DNA from: an archaeon
GTDB lineage: Archaea > Asgardarchaeota > Hermodarchaeia > Hermodarchaeales > Hermodarchaeaceae
Direction of reading: 5' to 3'
Length of the DNA: 5,701 nucleotides
Assembly: GCA_016550485.1 (NCBI GenBank)
Contig: JABXGV010000126.1
Location: 1-5,701, forward strand
Of the stretch, positions 5,041 through 5,701 are shown piece after piece. Below the pieces are notes generated by a model. It ran no database searches and had not been told where the DNA came from. It saw only the letters and a program-made list of their open reading frames with translations. The position numbers were made by a program, and so were the translations under genes. Every line of letters starts with the position of its first letter. Within the stretch, counting starts at the first letter, position 1.

Positions 5041-5357
5041 AGCGATGAAAGGATACAGCCACCTACGAGGTCAGGTCTGAAGGATAGACCCTGATGAGGC
5101 CCTGAGCAAAATGTTGGCGACACTGGAGCACGTTGAGGGTTATGCGGCATGTGACAGGCTCCTCCACGATTGACGGCGTGATGCCAAGAAGTGAGTGGTG
5201 GGGCAACCCAGAATGTCCACAACTCAACGCTGGGTCGAGTCTTGCTCACATGTCTCGGCACATCAAGAGAGGACCTGCCAGAGGGTTGAAGGCGTTTCGC
5301 CCACCAAGGACGGTGGGGAGTTAGTGTATCGAGGAACAGAGTAAGGCTGGCCCATCA
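5041..5357 (+). ncRNA. candidate structured non-coding RNA, family unassigned
   Basis: There is no credible ORF; the 75-aa and 63-aa ORFs here are R/P/G/W-rich. By hand count, 5051-5350 is about 56% G+C, against about 35% in the next 40 nt. Local helices: GGUCU/AGACC (5074-5078 with 5086-5090), and a long imperfect hairpin UUGGCGACAC/GUGAUGCCAA (5114-5123 with 5178-5187) with inner CGUUGAGG/CCUCCACG. Further helices: a GGG[GCAA]CCC tetraloop hairpin (5200-5209), GUGAG/CUCAC (5191-5195 with 5245-5249) and CCCACC/GGUGGG (5300-5305 with 5312-5317). Long-range pairings: GAUG(A)GGCC/GGCCCAUC (5093-5101 with 5349-5356) and GAUACA/UGUAUC (5052-5057 with 5325-5330). The G-U pairs fall on the plus strand. 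The ends and the strand are provisional. Confidence 0.4.
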
Positions 5358-5403
5358 CAACCTTCAATTATAACTCAGATGCTAGCATAACAAGTGATGT
5401 TGC

Positions 5404-5701
5404 GTGAATCGACCACATAAATATCGCAGAACCTTTCATCAGTTTCTTAAAGAACAACTCGGATACAAAATTCCTGCTCCGCTTATACCAAGGCGTCTAC
5501 GTATCTATGGTCATGTAGCCGTCCTCTGGTTAAAACCTCAAGTGTTGCACCACAAGGAAGCTATTGGCCTGAAAGTATTGGAATATGATTCAAGGATTCT
5601 CTCTGTTTTAAGACGTGTTGACGCAATTTCAGGACCTTTTCGAAAACCGTCCTTAGAATTAATAGCAGGCTCTAGTGAGACAGAAACGACTCTTTCAGAA
5701 A
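5404..5701 (+). CDS. tRNA methyltransferase of the Trm5/Taw (Met-10+) family, N-terminal part; runs off the window
   Basis: The frame is open from 5398 to the window end. Its translation is VNRPHKYRRTFHQFLKEQLGYKIPAPLIPRRLRIYGHVAVLWLKP...SVLRRVDAISGPFRKPSLELIAGSSETETTLSE. The YGHVAVL and ISGPFRxPxLELIAG..ET..L.E blocks follow the pattern I recall upstream of the SAM domain in archaeal Trm5 (VGDLVIL...KGEFRVRELEHLAGE..T.HKENG). The first usable start is GTG at 5404. An AATTATAA box lies at 5366-5373. Confidence 0.6.
   Translation, partial: MNRPHKYRRTFHQFLKEQLGYKIPAPLIPRRLRIYGHVAVLWLKPQVLHHKEAIGLKVLEYDSRILSVLRRVDAISGPFRKPSLELIAGSSETETTLSE

Noticed and set aside
5067-5101. Resemblance of GGUCAGGUCUGAAGG to the SRP RNA helix 8 sequence GGUCAGGUCCGGAAGGAAGCAGCC.
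   Set aside because: The 3' strand here simply base-pairs back (AGACCCUG) and lacks the AGCA/GGAA loops. The apical loop is 7 nt, not a GNAR tetraloop. I found no long helix-5-like pairing of the ends. The motif also sits at the 5' end of the interval rather than about 180 nt in.
5069-5123. A hammerhead-ribozyme-like arrangement: GUC, then a hairpin (GGUCU/AGACC), then CUGAUGA, then a GCC...GGC stem.
   Set aside because: The segment after the putative stem II reads GACA instead of the invariant GAAA. An extra unpaired A follows the GUC site. No stem III partner for ACGAGGU exists downstream.
5034-5324. ORFs 5034-5261 (minus, 75 aa) and 5133-5324 (plus, 63 aa).
   Set aside because: They overlap each other on opposite strands, are rich in R, P, G and W, have no recognisable motif, and lie in a G+C-rich helix-forming region. 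They are better explained as chance frames in a structured RNA.

Overview
This window looks like an archaeal chromosomal segment dominated by stable-RNA genes and RNA-processing genes. I read six tRNA genes directly from the sequence: Arg-CCU, Thr-GGU, Met/Ile2-CAU, Leu-UAA, Thr-UGU and Pro-UGG. Five of them are interrupted by seven introns in total. Only one intron is at the canonical 37/38 site. The other six lie in the D-loop (2), the T-loop at 59/60 (2), between positions 8/9 (1), and in the anticodon stem at 30/31 (1). All seven boundaries satisfy the same bulge-helix-bulge geometry when checked by hand. A stand-alone 5S rRNA gene follows tRNA-Pro. The protein genes are a hydrogenase maturation protease, an EndA-family tRNA-splicing endonuclease subunit with no histidine in its catalytic domain, RpiA, a 366-aa conserved membrane-anchored protein of unknown function (DUF1512-like from memory), an archaeal-type phosphopantetheine adenylyltransferase, and the 5' part of a Trm5/Taw-like tRNA methyltransferase. 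The main unexplained element is a ~320-nt ORF-free interval at about 5040-5360. It is about 56% G+C by my hand count and helix-rich, so it looks like a structured RNA, but I could not assign it to RNase P RNA, SRP RNA or a ribozyme by eye. I saw no CRISPR array, mobile element or defence-type gene. The abundance of multi-intron tRNAs suggests a TACK/Thermoproteota-like archaeon, but that is inference only.
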